NCBI GenBank assembly: GCA_949878575.1
Contig: CATLAX010000002.1
Location: forward strand, 65,378 to 129,377
Source: an uncultured Alphaproteobacteria bacterium
Lineage (GTDB): Bacteria; Pseudomonadota; Alphaproteobacteria; Rs-D84
Length of the DNA: 64,000 nt
Direction: 5' to 3'
Every line of letters starts with the position of its first letter. The first letter of the stretch is position 1. The notes under the pieces are model-generated. The model was not told where the DNA came from. It did not search any database and saw only the letters and a program-made list of their open reading frames with translations. A program made the translations under genes and the position numbers. Below, piece by piece: positions 27,885 to 40,548 of the stretch.

Positions 27885-27951
27885 ATGCTGGACTCGAACC
27901 AGCGACATACGGATTAACAGTCCGTTGTTCTACCGACTGAACTAATCCCGA
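27876..27951 (-). tRNA. tRNA-Asn (anticodon GTT)
   Basis: Hand-folded: U1:A72 acceptor (typical of bacterial tRNA-Asn), anticodon loop CUGUUAA, T-loop GGTTCGAGTCC, CCA encoded. Confidence 0.8.
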
Positions 27952-28071
27952 ACAGCCCGCATATTTTATAACCTTTTTTATTTTATTTCAAGTATTTTTT
28001 TCATATGTTGCTTTTTCGCCTTTTTAGTGCTATATTGCCCCGGTCCAATACAGATAACAAAAGGAAGAAAA

Positions 28072-31294
<3,223 letters not shown>

Positions 31295-31329
31295 CTCTTA
31301 TATTATACCATATTCCGAATTACATGGCA

Positions 31330-32007
31330 CTAGGAATCTGTCAGGCGCCGCAACACATGGGCGGCCAAATACAAACCAAAGGCACCCGTCACTGTTATAA
31401 CAGAACCAAACGTGTGGCCGGCGGCATTGCCGGGAACCGGCCGCTGCGTTGAAAATACAACATCAAAATCAGGCATTCCGGCCGCACGCGCCATGCGGCG
31501 CATGTTCGCCGCCAGCGGACAGACCGTCGTATTGTACAGTGTGGACACGCGAATCTGAGACAAATCTGTCTTGCGCGCGGCGCCCATGCTGGAAATAAAA
31601 CCTATACCGTTTCTTTGCGCCCAGCCCGCCAGCGCCAGCTTTGATGAAATCGTATCTATCGCATCAATTACAAAATCCGGGCGCAAATCGGGGTTTGTAT
31701 CTTTATCCCAAAACATTTGCAGCGCATCCACGCGAATGTCCGGATTGATGTCTTTTATTCGCGCCGCGGCGACCGCAACCTTTGGCATGCCGACAGTGGA
31801 CGACAACGCAAACAGCTGGCGATTAATGTTGGATTCTTCCACCACATCGGAATCTATCAAAATTAAACGCCCCACCCCGCTGCGGGCCAGCGCCTCTATC
31901 GCAAAAGAGCCGACTGCGCCACAGCCCACAACCATCACGGTCGCATTTTGCAGACGCGCCACGGCATCGTCGCCCAGCAACATTCTTATCCTATTCAATC
32001 TGTCCAT
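31330..32007 (-). CDS. tcdA: tRNA threonylcarbamoyladenosine dehydratase (TcdA/CsdL, ThiF/MoeB-family E1-like)
   Basis: VMVVGCGAVGSFAIEALARSGVGRLILIDSDVVEESNINRQ is a ThiF-family NAD/ATP-binding fold. Size and pattern fit TcdA. Confidence 0.7.
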   Translation of the reverse strand: MDRLNRIRMLLGDDAVARLQNATVMVVGCGAVGSFAIEALARSGVGRLILIDSDVVEESNINRQLFALSSTVGMPKVAVAAARIKDINPDIRVDALQMFWDKDTNPDLRPDFVIDAIDTISSKLALAGWAQRNGIGFISSMGAARKTDLSQIRVSTLYNTTVCPLAANMRRMARAAGMPDFDVVFSTQRPVPGNAAGHTFGSVITVTGAFGLYLAAHVLRRLTDS

Positions 32008-32701
32008 TGTTCACCATCCGCAGTGTGTTGTTATATGTAATATCGGCAATATAGTCGGGCGCAGCATTCAAACACGCGGCAATTTGTACCATTGCATCCC
32101 GGATATTGTCAGGCGCCGGCGCATTACCGTCCGTTTCCACCAAAATTTGACGTTCCGGTGTTGCGGCGACGGCCCGCAATGCACGTTCCCGCATCGGGGC
32201 GCGATATGAAAACCAAACGCCGTCCCCAAATATTTCAATCAATGCACGAATAATTTCAGGGGCGGCCGCAAACCTGTGTATTACGACGTGTTTCGGATGC
32301 GGCCCCGTTTTTAACAGACGCAGCAAGGTATCCCATGCATGCACGCAATGAATTTGCGCCGGCCTGTTCAATTCCGCGGCAATTTCCATCTGGGCGACAA
32401 AGGCCGACATCTGGCGGTCAAAATCCGGATGTGTACGATCCAGACCTATTTCGCCAACCATCGCACCCGGATTCATGTTTAAATTTTCACGCATACGCCC
32501 ATTCCAACCCGGGGCGGCAGCGCATACATGCCACGGGTGCACGCCAATGGCGGCATAAATCCGTTTATTGCAATGCGACGCCGCCAACAGCGACGCCCAG
32601 TCGTCTTCACACGCGGCATTACATACAAACGCACCCGGACCGGCGTAGCCCACAAAGTTTAAACGATTATAATGACAATGCGCGTCAATAAATTTATCCA
32701 T
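31991..32701 (-). CDS. TatD family metal-dependent hydrolase (DNase)
   Basis: MDKFIDAHCHY is the N-terminal HxH metal motif, with further conserved His/Asp residues. The start is moved to MDKFID (32701) from the ORF listed at 32800. Confidence 0.7.
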   Translation of the reverse strand: MDKFIDAHCHYNRLNFVGYAGPGAFVCNAACEDDWASLLAASHCNKRIYAAIGVHPWHVCAAAPGWNGRMRENLNMNPGAMVGEIGLDRTHPDFDRQMSAFVAQMEIAAELNRPAQIHCVHAWDTLLRLLKTGPHPKHVVIHRFAAAPEIIRALIEIFGDGVWFSYRAPMRERALRAVAATPERQILVETDGNAPAPDNIRDAMVQIAACLNAAPDYIADITYNNTLRMVNNGQIE

Positions 32702-32805
32702 GCCAAAAATATAAAACTTTGCCGCGTATTTGCAAAGAGGATTTTTAATACAAACAGCGCCCCATTGCAGGGGCGCCAAAATTGACATGAAATCTTGCAC
32801 GTATT

Positions 32806-33018
32806 TTATCGTTCGCCGCGTATCGGCTTGTCAATAAACATGACTATCAGCCATAACAGCGCCGCAATACCGATTATGCAGTACACAATGCTGCTGGCGA
32901 CCGTGCCGGCGCCAAATAAAAACGTTACCAAGTTGAAACCAAACAGTCCCACCAATCCCCAGTTCAAAGCACCGATGAACGTCAGCGGTTTCAAAATATA
33001 GTTGGTCAATCCTCTCAT
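32806..33018 (-). CDS. DUF378 family small membrane protein
   Basis: 70 aa. IGALNWGLVG....NLV matches the DUF378 signature. Confidence 0.55.
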   Translation of the reverse strand: MRGLTNYILKPLTFIGALNWGLVGLFGFNLVTFLFGAGTVASSIVYCIIGIAALLWLIVMFIDKPIRGER

Positions 33019-33190
33019 CTATTTTTTCTCCTTTCAAGGTTTGTAATGTCTTATTTACATTTAAAGACATACCAAATTATACCTTGTTTAATAACAGCTT
33101 GCAATCGTATTACTGCAATTAGGAAAAGGTTCTTTGCCGCGGATTTCTTAGGATTTTTAACACAACACCGAAACACATTGCCGCAAAAAG

Positions 33191-33895
33191 TTATACATTA
33201 CCAAAGAACATATAAACAATCAGCGGCGCCGCAACTGCCGTCATCAGGCCGGATATTACGATGGCCAGACTGCTCATCGCGCCTTCTATTGCGCCCATCT
33301 CCATCGCCTTGGTCGTGCCGGCTGCATGCGACGCGTTGCCGATGGCCAGACCGCGCGCAATCGGATTTGTTAACCCCAGGCGACGACATACAACCTCGCT
33401 GATAGAGGCGCCAAGAATTCCGGTAACAATTACCGATGACACGGTTAACGCAACCACACCGCCCAACTTTTCCGTAATTCCGATGGCAATCGCGGTCGTA
33501 ACGGATATTGCCGCCAGACTGCGCGCAACAACATCCCCCAGGCCTAAAAATATGCATATCAGGCAAACCGCCGTTACAGACGACACGACGCCCACCGCCA
33601 TAGCCAGCATTATTGCAGGCGCATGCTTTTTCAACAACGGCAACTGGCGGTACATCGGCACCGCAAAGCACACCGTAACCGGAACCAGAAAATAAGTTAT
33701 ATAGCGCGCGCCGTTTTCATATGCCTGGTATGAAATATCAAAACCGGTAAGAAACAGCACGACAAGTATGGTCGCCAAGAACAGCGGCGTGGTCAACGCC
33801 CCGGGCCAGCGACGATTTATCATCACCGCCAGCCAAAACATGCCGATGGTAAGAACCACGCCGAAATACGGCGATGAATTTAAAAATTCGCTCAT
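33191..33895 (-). CDS. lrgB: LrgB/CidB family murein hydrolase modulator (membrane protein)
   Basis: 234 aa polytopic membrane protein. Size and pattern match LrgB. Translationally coupled to the upstream lrgA-like gene. Confidence 0.75.
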   Translation of the reverse strand: MSEFLNSSPYFGVVLTIGMFWLAVMINRRWPGALTTPLFLATILVVLFLTGFDISYQAYENGARYITYFLVPVTVCFAVPMYRQLPLLKKHAPAIMLAMAVGVVSSVTAVCLICIFLGLGDVVARSLAAISVTTAIAIGITEKLGGVVALTVSSVIVTGILGASISEVVCRRLGLTNPIARGLAIGNASHAAGTTKAMEMGAIEGAMSSLAIVISGLMTAVAAPLIVYMFFGNV

Positions 33896-34269
33896 TCCTT
33901 ATCCCCCGCTGCACCGGATTTGCGCCGGTCTTTTATCAACGCCTGGGCTGTGACGCCGGTTGTTATCATTGACACCAGATATGTTATAACCAGCAACAAA
34001 ACCAGACGCCACCACACATCCGCAATATCGCCCCATATGTTTATAATCGCCACGGCCGGCGCCACAAAGAACAGACCCATAATACCATGGAACCAGTCCG
34101 CAACATCCGCCACCCAGCGCAGCTTTACCACACCGGTCGCCAATGCCAAAAACAGCAAAATAAGACCGTAAATACTGCCCGCAACCGGCAATGGAATCAA
34201 ATATTCCAGTAATTCACCCAGTGCGACAAAAATCATTATCACACAAAATTGAAACAGATACTTCATCAT
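33892..34269 (-). CDS. lrgA: LrgA/CidA holin-like protein
   Basis: 125 aa with four TM helices. Overlaps the lrgB start (ATGA). Confidence 0.7.
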   Translation of the reverse strand: MMKYLFQFCVIMIFVALGELLEYLIPLPVAGSIYGLILLFLALATGVVKLRWVADVADWFHGIMGLFFVAPAVAIINIWGDIADVWWRLVLLLVITYLVSMITTGVTAQALIKDRRKSGAAGDKE

Positions 34270-34311
34270 CCCCCCGTCATTGCAATCAAGGGTACAAAAA
34301 TTACCCGCCCC

Positions 34312-34348
34312 ATGTCAAAAAAAATCCCCCCACCCGGGGGAGGATTTT
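34312..34348 (-). terminator. Rho-independent terminator overlapping ackA stop
   Basis: G/C-rich hairpin atccccccacccgggggaggat followed by a T-run on the minus strand. Confidence 0.4.
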
Positions 34349-35590
34349 TTACTTTGCAAACGAATAATCCATCTTTAAGTGATCGGGGTTGTATGTTCCG
34401 TTCATTATTGCGATGGTATCTTCAACAATAACAAGTTCTTCGTTGGTCGGAATCATATAAACCTTGACCCGGCTGTCCGGCGTGCTGATTTCCGTTTCAC
34501 CGGAACCCAGATAACACGCGGTATGCTCGTTCTTGTCACGGTCAATTTTAATGCCGAATTCTTCCAGGTTCGCACAAAACTGTTCGCGCAGGTACGGATT
34601 GTTTTCACCAACACCTGCCGTGAACACGATTGCGTCCGTATGCCCCAGCTCAGCCATATACGCGCCCAGATACTTTTTTACATTGTGAACTTCCATATCC
34701 GTGGCCAAACGGCAACAATCGTTTTCGCCCATGTGTTCCAGAACATCGCGGCGGTCGGCGAAACATTCGGTCACACCCAGCAGGCCGGCGTCCTTGCTTA
34801 ACTTTTTCTGCATCTGTTCGGAACTAAGATTCAATCTGTCCATCACATACAAAACGGCACCGGGATCAATATCGCCGGGACGCGTTCCCATGGTTAACCC
34901 GGACAACGGCGTCATACCCAGCGACGTGTCAATGGAAACACCGTTCTTTATCGCGGTGGCGGACGCCCCGGAACCTATGTGCATTGTTATCATATTGCAC
35001 TGCGCCGCCGGGCGGCCCAGCAGTTTGGCCGCACGCTTTGAAACATAAAGGTGCGAAGTGCCGTGGAATCCGTATCTGCGAACCCCCAGTTCACGATACC
35101 ATGCGCCGGGAACAGCGTATCTGTATGCGTAATCCGGCATTGTCTGATGAAACGCCGTGTCAAACACCGCAACCTGCGCGGCATTCGGCAGCAACTGTTT
35201 TGCCGTCACAATACCCATTAAAGCCGACGGATTGTGCAGCGGCGCCAGCGGCGACAGTTCGGAAATCGTCTTTATCACTTCGTCCGTAATTTCAACAGAA
35301 GATGCAAATTTGTCCCCACCCATAACGACGCGGTGCCCAACGCCCTTGATTTCGTTTAAATCAATTGACGCCTCGCGCAGCAGGAACAGGACCACATTCA
35401 ACGCCTCGTCATGATTTTTCATTTCCGTATCTTTGCGCGTTTTTGTGCCGTCGGGATATTTTTGTGTGACAAAAGAATCCGGGGATCCGATTTTTTCAAC
35501 GTTTCCGCCCACCACAACACTTTTAGAGGCGGCGTCAAACACCTGATATTTTAATGATGAAGAACCACAATTCAGCGCAAGTATGTACAT
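34349..35590 (-). CDS. ackA: Acetate kinase
   Basis: MYILALNCGSSSLKYQVF is a canonical AckA N-terminus. 413 aa. Confidence 0.9.
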   Translation of the reverse strand: MYILALNCGSSSLKYQVFDAASKSVVVGGNVEKIGSPDSFVTQKYPDGTKTRKDTEMKNHDEALNVVLFLLREASIDLNEIKGVGHRVVMGGDKFASSVEITDEVIKTISELSPLAPLHNPSALMGIVTAKQLLPNAAQVAVFDTAFHQTMPDYAYRYAVPGAWYRELGVRRYGFHGTSHLYVSKRAAKLLGRPAAQCNMITMHIGSGASATAIKNGVSIDTSLGMTPLSGLTMGTRPGDIDPGAVLYVMDRLNLSSEQMQKKLSKDAGLLGVTECFADRRDVLEHMGENDCCRLATDMEVHNVKKYLGAYMAELGHTDAIVFTAGVGENNPYLREQFCANLEEFGIKIDRDKNEHTACYLGSGETEISTPDSRVKVYMIPTNEELVIVEDTIAIMNGTYNPDHLKMDYSFAK

Positions 35591-35697
35591 GTTTCATCCT
35601 TTCTGTTACTGTCTGACATGCAGGTTAGCAAATGTTAACGGGGCTTTCAACAGTAAAAACCGTTCCGGCCCCGTCAATTCAAATTCCAGCACTAACG

Positions 35698-38139
35698 TTA
35701 TGAATACTGATAATTGTTTACATACTTGTCCATCATGCCTTTTTTCTTTTTATCAAACACTTTCTGTTTCCACTGCTTTGACATGGGCGTCCATGAATAC
35801 ATGCGGCCCAGATGGGAATCACGCCCGGATTCCAAGAAATCCCAGTATGCCATCAGCTCACGATAACCGTCCTTGTGATTATCGTCCCAGTTGGCCATTT
35901 CCTCGTTGCGCCTGTCAATGCGGTCATTTAATTCTTGAATCTGCTGCGTGGCGTTGTCATACTTTGCCACCCGGTCCGCCTTGCGATCGGTCGCACGGAC
36001 ACGAGCATCCAGACGAGTTTTTTTATTGTCGGCATCTTCCAGCATTAATTTTGCCGCATCGTACGCCGGACCATGCGCCGGCGTGGCACCGGGGGCCGTG
36101 GGGTGCCAGACCTGACCTGTTTTGGCCCGATAGGCGGCATCCAGCGGGGCGCGCTGTGCAACCAGATTGTTTTTGTCATCCTGCAGTTGCAATATTCTGT
36201 CCGCAATAGCCTGAGCCATCGGTGCAGGCGCGCCGGCCATTTGCGCCGTCAGGTTTGCGATATTTGTATTAATCTGCTGTATCTGCACATCGGCATTTGT
36301 TAGTTGGTTGTTTAATGCATCAACCTCTTGGACCAAAGTCTCTGCCTGTTGAAACTGCGGACGCGCACGCGCCGCATCTAAACGCGCACGGCTGCGTGCA
36401 TGCCGGGCCCGTTCACGTTCAACCTCATCACGTTTTTGTTCAATATTGGTTGCGTTTATACGACCGTTTCCACGGTCCAAAGCGGTCAAATCCTGTTCAT
36501 GCGTTGAACGCGCGGCCACATCCATGGCGTTGTTTTGATTGCGCAGGTTGTCCGCATCAGAACGCGCCTGGGCGTTTTCACGCAACCACGTTTTATGCGC
36601 CCCGTCCATCCGGCCGCCCTTATGATTAAATTTGCTGCCGTTGAGTTTATAGGCGTTGCCCGCCACTGTAATCGCATACCCCAGACTCATAAACGCAAAC
36701 TTTATGCTTTTATCCATTGCCTTGGTAACGAACTGCATACCCTCGTTTTTGTTCCAGGACAGGCCGCCATCGGAAAATATCGTCAAAGATTCCCCGCGCA
36801 GAGCATCCATAATCTTGCTGGTGGTGTAACCGTATTTGATTACGGACAAAACCTCCATCGCTGTTTTTGCCTCATCCTTTTTGCCTTCGCGGACGGCCTT
36901 CATAATCATTTCAGACACAATCGCCTTTAACTGGCCGCCGTTTTTCAGCGCGCCTTCAAACGCCTTTGGCATAGAGGCTTTTAATTCCCCCATTGTTTTG
37001 ACAAACCATTCAAAATGCTTGGTCGCCGTCGGGGACTTGTACATCAGCCCTTTTTTAATGGCGTCCGCACTGTCCAAAACCTTTGCCAGACCGTCCGTCG
37101 GCTTTATCTTTGCACCGCTGACAGCCTTTACTATCAGTTTGGCAGAATTTGACATATACAGCCGGTCGCCGTGAAGCTTTATATACTTGTCCAAAACATT
37201 GTCGTACGTATCGTCGGCCCATCTGGACAGCTGTTGCATCGGGGTTAATTTATCGTCGCGTTTCGGCGGAACATAGTCTTCGCTGTTCTTGTCGTCGTAT
37301 GCAATTTTTTCCTTTGCCTTGTCCATCTGGCCGGAAATTTTGCCGCCATCAAAATTCTTGAAGACATCGGAAACTTTCTTTTCCCTATAGATGGTGTTCA
37401 GCATTGACTGATAATTCAGCTTAAAGCTGTCCATCTTTTGCTGCGGGATGGCCCCGTCTTTGAAGCCTTCACGCGTTTTGGAAAAATCAATGGACTCATT
37501 TCCCAACTGCAGACGGGCGCGAAAGTCCGGATCATACTGATATGACGTCAAATAGTCGGCAATTTGTACCAGTCTTTGTTGAAATTCCGGGTCTTTGTTA
37601 TATTTCTTGGACGATATACCAGACAACAGGTCGGAATATTTGAACTTATCATCCAGCAGCCCCCACTGCTTTAAAATTGTGGGCAAAGTATTCTGGTACG
37701 CCTGCAGAAATGTTTTAAATTCACCCTGTATTTCGTTTTCCGCGTCCGTGTTTGCAACAGCGTTTGAAAACAGATGAGTCGCAGGATCGCCGAAATATTC
37801 ATCCAGGAACTCTTTTGCGGGGCCGTTTTCCTTGAAATCTTCCCGGTGGGCCTGCATTTTACGAAATGCGTTTTGAAAGGCCTTAAACAAATCCTTCCAT
37901 TCGTCGTCAGACAGTTCCCATGTGCCGCCAACATCTGTCGCATCCGGCAAATCGTTTTGAACCAGTTTGCCGTTTGCATCAACATGCATCAGCTTTTTCT
38001 TCCAGTCCTTCATATTGCCGCGGAAATCGTCATTCTTGGCGTATGCATCATACTGGGCGCGAACTTCGGCCGGCATCTGATTGAAGCGCAGCTGCATAAA
38101 ATATTGCAGTAAAAAATCTTTCATTTTTATATCGGCCAT
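35698..38139 (-). CDS. Large hypothetical protein with C-terminal coiled-coil (effector-like ORFan)
   Basis: 813 aa from MADIKMKDF. A strong RBS aagaggtg sits 7 nt upstream of the ATG at 38139. No signal peptide. The C-terminal 300 aa are heptad-rich (LNNQLTNADVQIQQINTNIANL...). Confidence 0.6.
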   Translation of the reverse strand: MADIKMKDFLLQYFMQLRFNQMPAEVRAQYDAYAKNDDFRGNMKDWKKKLMHVDANGKLVQNDLPDATDVGGTWELSDDEWKDLFKAFQNAFRKMQAHREDFKENGPAKEFLDEYFGDPATHLFSNAVANTDAENEIQGEFKTFLQAYQNTLPTILKQWGLLDDKFKYSDLLSGISSKKYNKDPEFQQRLVQIADYLTSYQYDPDFRARLQLGNESIDFSKTREGFKDGAIPQQKMDSFKLNYQSMLNTIYREKKVSDVFKNFDGGKISGQMDKAKEKIAYDDKNSEDYVPPKRDDKLTPMQQLSRWADDTYDNVLDKYIKLHGDRLYMSNSAKLIVKAVSGAKIKPTDGLAKVLDSADAIKKGLMYKSPTATKHFEWFVKTMGELKASMPKAFEGALKNGGQLKAIVSEMIMKAVREGKKDEAKTAMEVLSVIKYGYTTSKIMDALRGESLTIFSDGGLSWNKNEGMQFVTKAMDKSIKFAFMSLGYAITVAGNAYKLNGSKFNHKGGRMDGAHKTWLRENAQARSDADNLRNQNNAMDVAARSTHEQDLTALDRGNGRINATNIEQKRDEVERERARHARSRARLDAARARPQFQQAETLVQEVDALNNQLTNADVQIQQINTNIANLTAQMAGAPAPMAQAIADRILQLQDDKNNLVAQRAPLDAAYRAKTGQVWHPTAPGATPAHGPAYDAAKLMLEDADNKKTRLDARVRATDRKADRVAKYDNATQQIQELNDRIDRRNEEMANWDDNHKDGYRELMAYWDFLESGRDSHLGRMYSWTPMSKQWKQKVFDKKKKGMMDKYVNNYQYS

Positions 38140-38266
38140 TTTCGCACCTCTTGCTCTATCTCTGGTTATTATAGTGCTTTTTGACAAAAAATCAATATCC
38201 GTGCCCTAAAAATGCTTTCCTTTGCCCCGGGAAACCGGCTATAATAATCACAGAGAGAATGAAAAA

Positions 38267-39502
38267 ATGGCCGAACAGTCTTCTTTAAAACAATTTTTGA
38301 CAAACATTTACGGTTATACCTTTTTTAACCAGCTAATGTGGCTGTCGCCGGTATACGCCGTGTTCATGCAGGAACACGGCATGAGCGACATGCAGATTTC
38401 ATCATTGTTGATTCTGTGGTCGGCCGGCGTTCTTGTAACCCAGATACCGGTTACATGGGCGGCGTCCAAATGCGGTGCAAAACACGTTCTCTTCCTGGGC
38501 CAGATACTGAAGGCGGCGGCCTTTATCATGTGGCTGATATGGCCGACATATGCCGGATTTGCACTGGGGATGTTTTTGTGGGGAATGCACGGCGCGATAT
38601 ACAACGTCGTATCAGAAGACGTGCTGTATGACGAAATAAAGGCCCGAACGCACGCAAATGTATACACCCGCATTCTGGGGCGGCGAAAAAATCTGGCGTC
38701 AATCGGAATGGCGCTGTCGGCGGCGGGATCGCTGTTGCTGTTTTTCGGATATGAATGGGTTACGGCGGCGTCAATCGTATCACTGGCCATATCAATGCTG
38801 TTCGTCATGCGCATGAAACTGGGCGAAAAATATTCCGGCGTGCAGAACGGGGTGTCATTTGTCGCACAAATGCGTGCCGGAATATCCGCAATGCGCCAAA
38901 CACCGGCAATTATCATCATGCTGGCGTTAAGTGTGATGGTTACAAATTTCTCATACCTAAACGATTATTTAAGCCTTATCGGGCTGGACATTGGACTGGC
39001 GCCGGAATATATCGGCATCGTGCCTTTCTTTATATTATGCTGCCAGGTTTTGGGCCAGACATACGCGCATAAATTTGTACGTGTGCGGCCGGTTTACCTG
39101 TATATGATGATAATTGTCGCCGGCGTGTTGTTCGGCATGTTTGCGATGTACTACCAGATGGCGGGGCTGGCCGCGCTGGGGGCGGCATACGTAATATGCT
39201 CTGCTATAAAAATATTGCTGTATGCACGCTTTCAGGATTTGACTCCGACGCAATACAGGATGGAAATTCTGTCCATTTACAGTATCGCCGACCAAATGAC
39301 ATACATGTTCGTATGTCTGGCAATCGGTCTGGGCAGCATGATTGGCGGCGGCACATGGCGATACAGCGTAATGGTGCTGGGGATAATGCTGGCCATGGTT
39401 GGGATATGGGCGCTGGGGTTTGCGCGGCGCGGCCGCATGCGGGCAATGCCGTGCGCCGCCCCCATGGTCACAATGCGACCGAACGGGACGGACGTTATCT
39501 AA
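38267..39502 (+). CDS. MFS transporter
   Basis: 411 aa with 12 predicted TM segments. RBS gagagaatgaaaaaATG. Confidence 0.7.
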   Translation: MAEQSSLKQFLTNIYGYTFFNQLMWLSPVYAVFMQEHGMSDMQISSLLILWSAGVLVTQIPVTWAASKCGAKHVLFLGQILKAAAFIMWLIWPTYAGFALGMFLWGMHGAIYNVVSEDVLYDEIKARTHANVYTRILGRRKNLASIGMALSAAGSLLLFFGYEWVTAASIVSLAISMLFVMRMKLGEKYSGVQNGVSFVAQMRAGISAMRQTPAIIIMLALSVMVTNFSYLNDYLSLIGLDIGLAPEYIGIVPFFILCCQVLGQTYAHKFVRVRPVYLYMMIIVAGVLFGMFAMYYQMAGLAALGAAYVICSAIKILLYARFQDLTPTQYRMEILSIYSIADQMTYMFVCLAIGLGSMIGGGTWRYSVMVLGIMLAMVGIWALGFARRGRMRAMPCAAPMVTMRPNGTDVI

Positions 39503-39547
39503 ATGTTCCTATTGCGGCGCGGAATCAGGGCGGTATAAAATGACCGC

Positions 39548-40234
39548 ATGAAGTTGCGTGATTTTCTGTTGAAAAGCATTCCGTACATGCTGTCCATTGC
39601 GGGCGGCGTAACGCTGTTTCTGGTAACGGCGGACAATATCAAAAACGAAAACGTGGCGGATTTGATAAACAATATTGCGGCATCACTGCTGTCCATTCCG
39701 CTGGTATTCCTGCTCTACGATTATTCAAATTCAAGAATTTCCAGCCAACTTAGCAAAACGTTGGCGACAAACCTGTATGACAGCACTAACACAGTCATGC
39801 TAAACCTGGTGATATTGTTGCGCAGCGTAATCGGCATGCACGGTCCGATTACGCTGGAATCAATAAACAGAATGCAAAACATAAGCCCGGCGGAAATCGC
39901 GCGCCGAATGAAAATAACATCCGCACATATGGATTCCCTGCGCAAATACCATGACGCATTGGACAGCCTGATGTACCGCAGCGCCCGGGACAACATACTG
40001 CCACCGGACAAAATACAAAACCTGTCGGGCATTGTGGGCGACATATCACGGCTGGCCAACGAATACAAATTCAGAAAAAACAAAAAAATTGCAGCCAAAT
40101 ACATGACCGACATCATCAGCAGAATTTCCGACTGGCTGGATTCCGATGCGGGTGCCGCAATGCATTTCCAACAAATGTTACAGGCGGCGGCTGATTCATC
40201 TGTTGCAGCGACGGCCGCACGCGCAAAAAAATAA
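39548..40234 (+). CDS. Hypothetical protein with N-terminal TM segments
   Basis: 228 aa with two N-terminal hydrophobic segments, then a soluble alpha-helical region. Confidence 0.4.
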   Translation: MKLRDFLLKSIPYMLSIAGGVTLFLVTADNIKNENVADLINNIAASLLSIPLVFLLYDYSNSRISSQLSKTLATNLYDSTNTVMLNLVILLRSVIGMHGPITLESINRMQNISPAEIARRMKITSAHMDSLRKYHDALDSLMYRSARDNILPPDKIQNLSGIVGDISRLANEYKFRKNKKIAAKYMTDIISRISDWLDSDAGAAMHFQQMLQAAADSSVAATAARAKK

Positions 40235-40337
40235 CATTCGCTGTATTTTTTCTTGCATTTTGGTTTTTTTTGTGTCAAAATTTGCGGCGAACCACGGAAA
40301 AAGAGCCTTTGTGTTCTCCCTTTCCGGGTCCGGTTTT

Positions 40338-40413
40338 GGGGACATAGCTCAGTTGGTAGAGCAAATGACTTTTAATCATTGGGTCCAGGGTTCGAGTCCC
40401 TGTGTCCCCACCA
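40338..40413 (+). tRNA. tRNA-Lys (anticodon TTT)
   Basis: GGGGACATAGCTCAGTTGGTAGAGC... with anticodon loop CUUUUAA and GGTTCGAGTCC T-loop. CCA encoded. Confidence 0.9.
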
Positions 40414-40421
40414 GAATAAAA
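40398..40421 (+). repeat. attL core (direct repeat, overlaps tRNA-Lys 3' end)
   Basis: Exact 24-bp match to 47470-47493. Confidence 0.8.
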
Positions 40422-40548
40422 TTGTTAGAAATCCAACACTTTTGTTGGGTTTTTATTTTTTTGGTTTGAACCACACGAAACACACCAAAGCCTTAGAAAT
40501 CCAACATTTTCGTATTTTCACTTTTGCCAGAAACAAAGGGATACAGAT

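Noticed and set aside
38140-38187. Alternative start MSKSTIITRDRARGAK for the 829-aa ORF
   Set aside because: This 16-codon stretch is itself the near-consensus Shine-Dalgarno (aagaggtg) for the downstream ATG at 38139, so MADIKMKDF is the likelier start.
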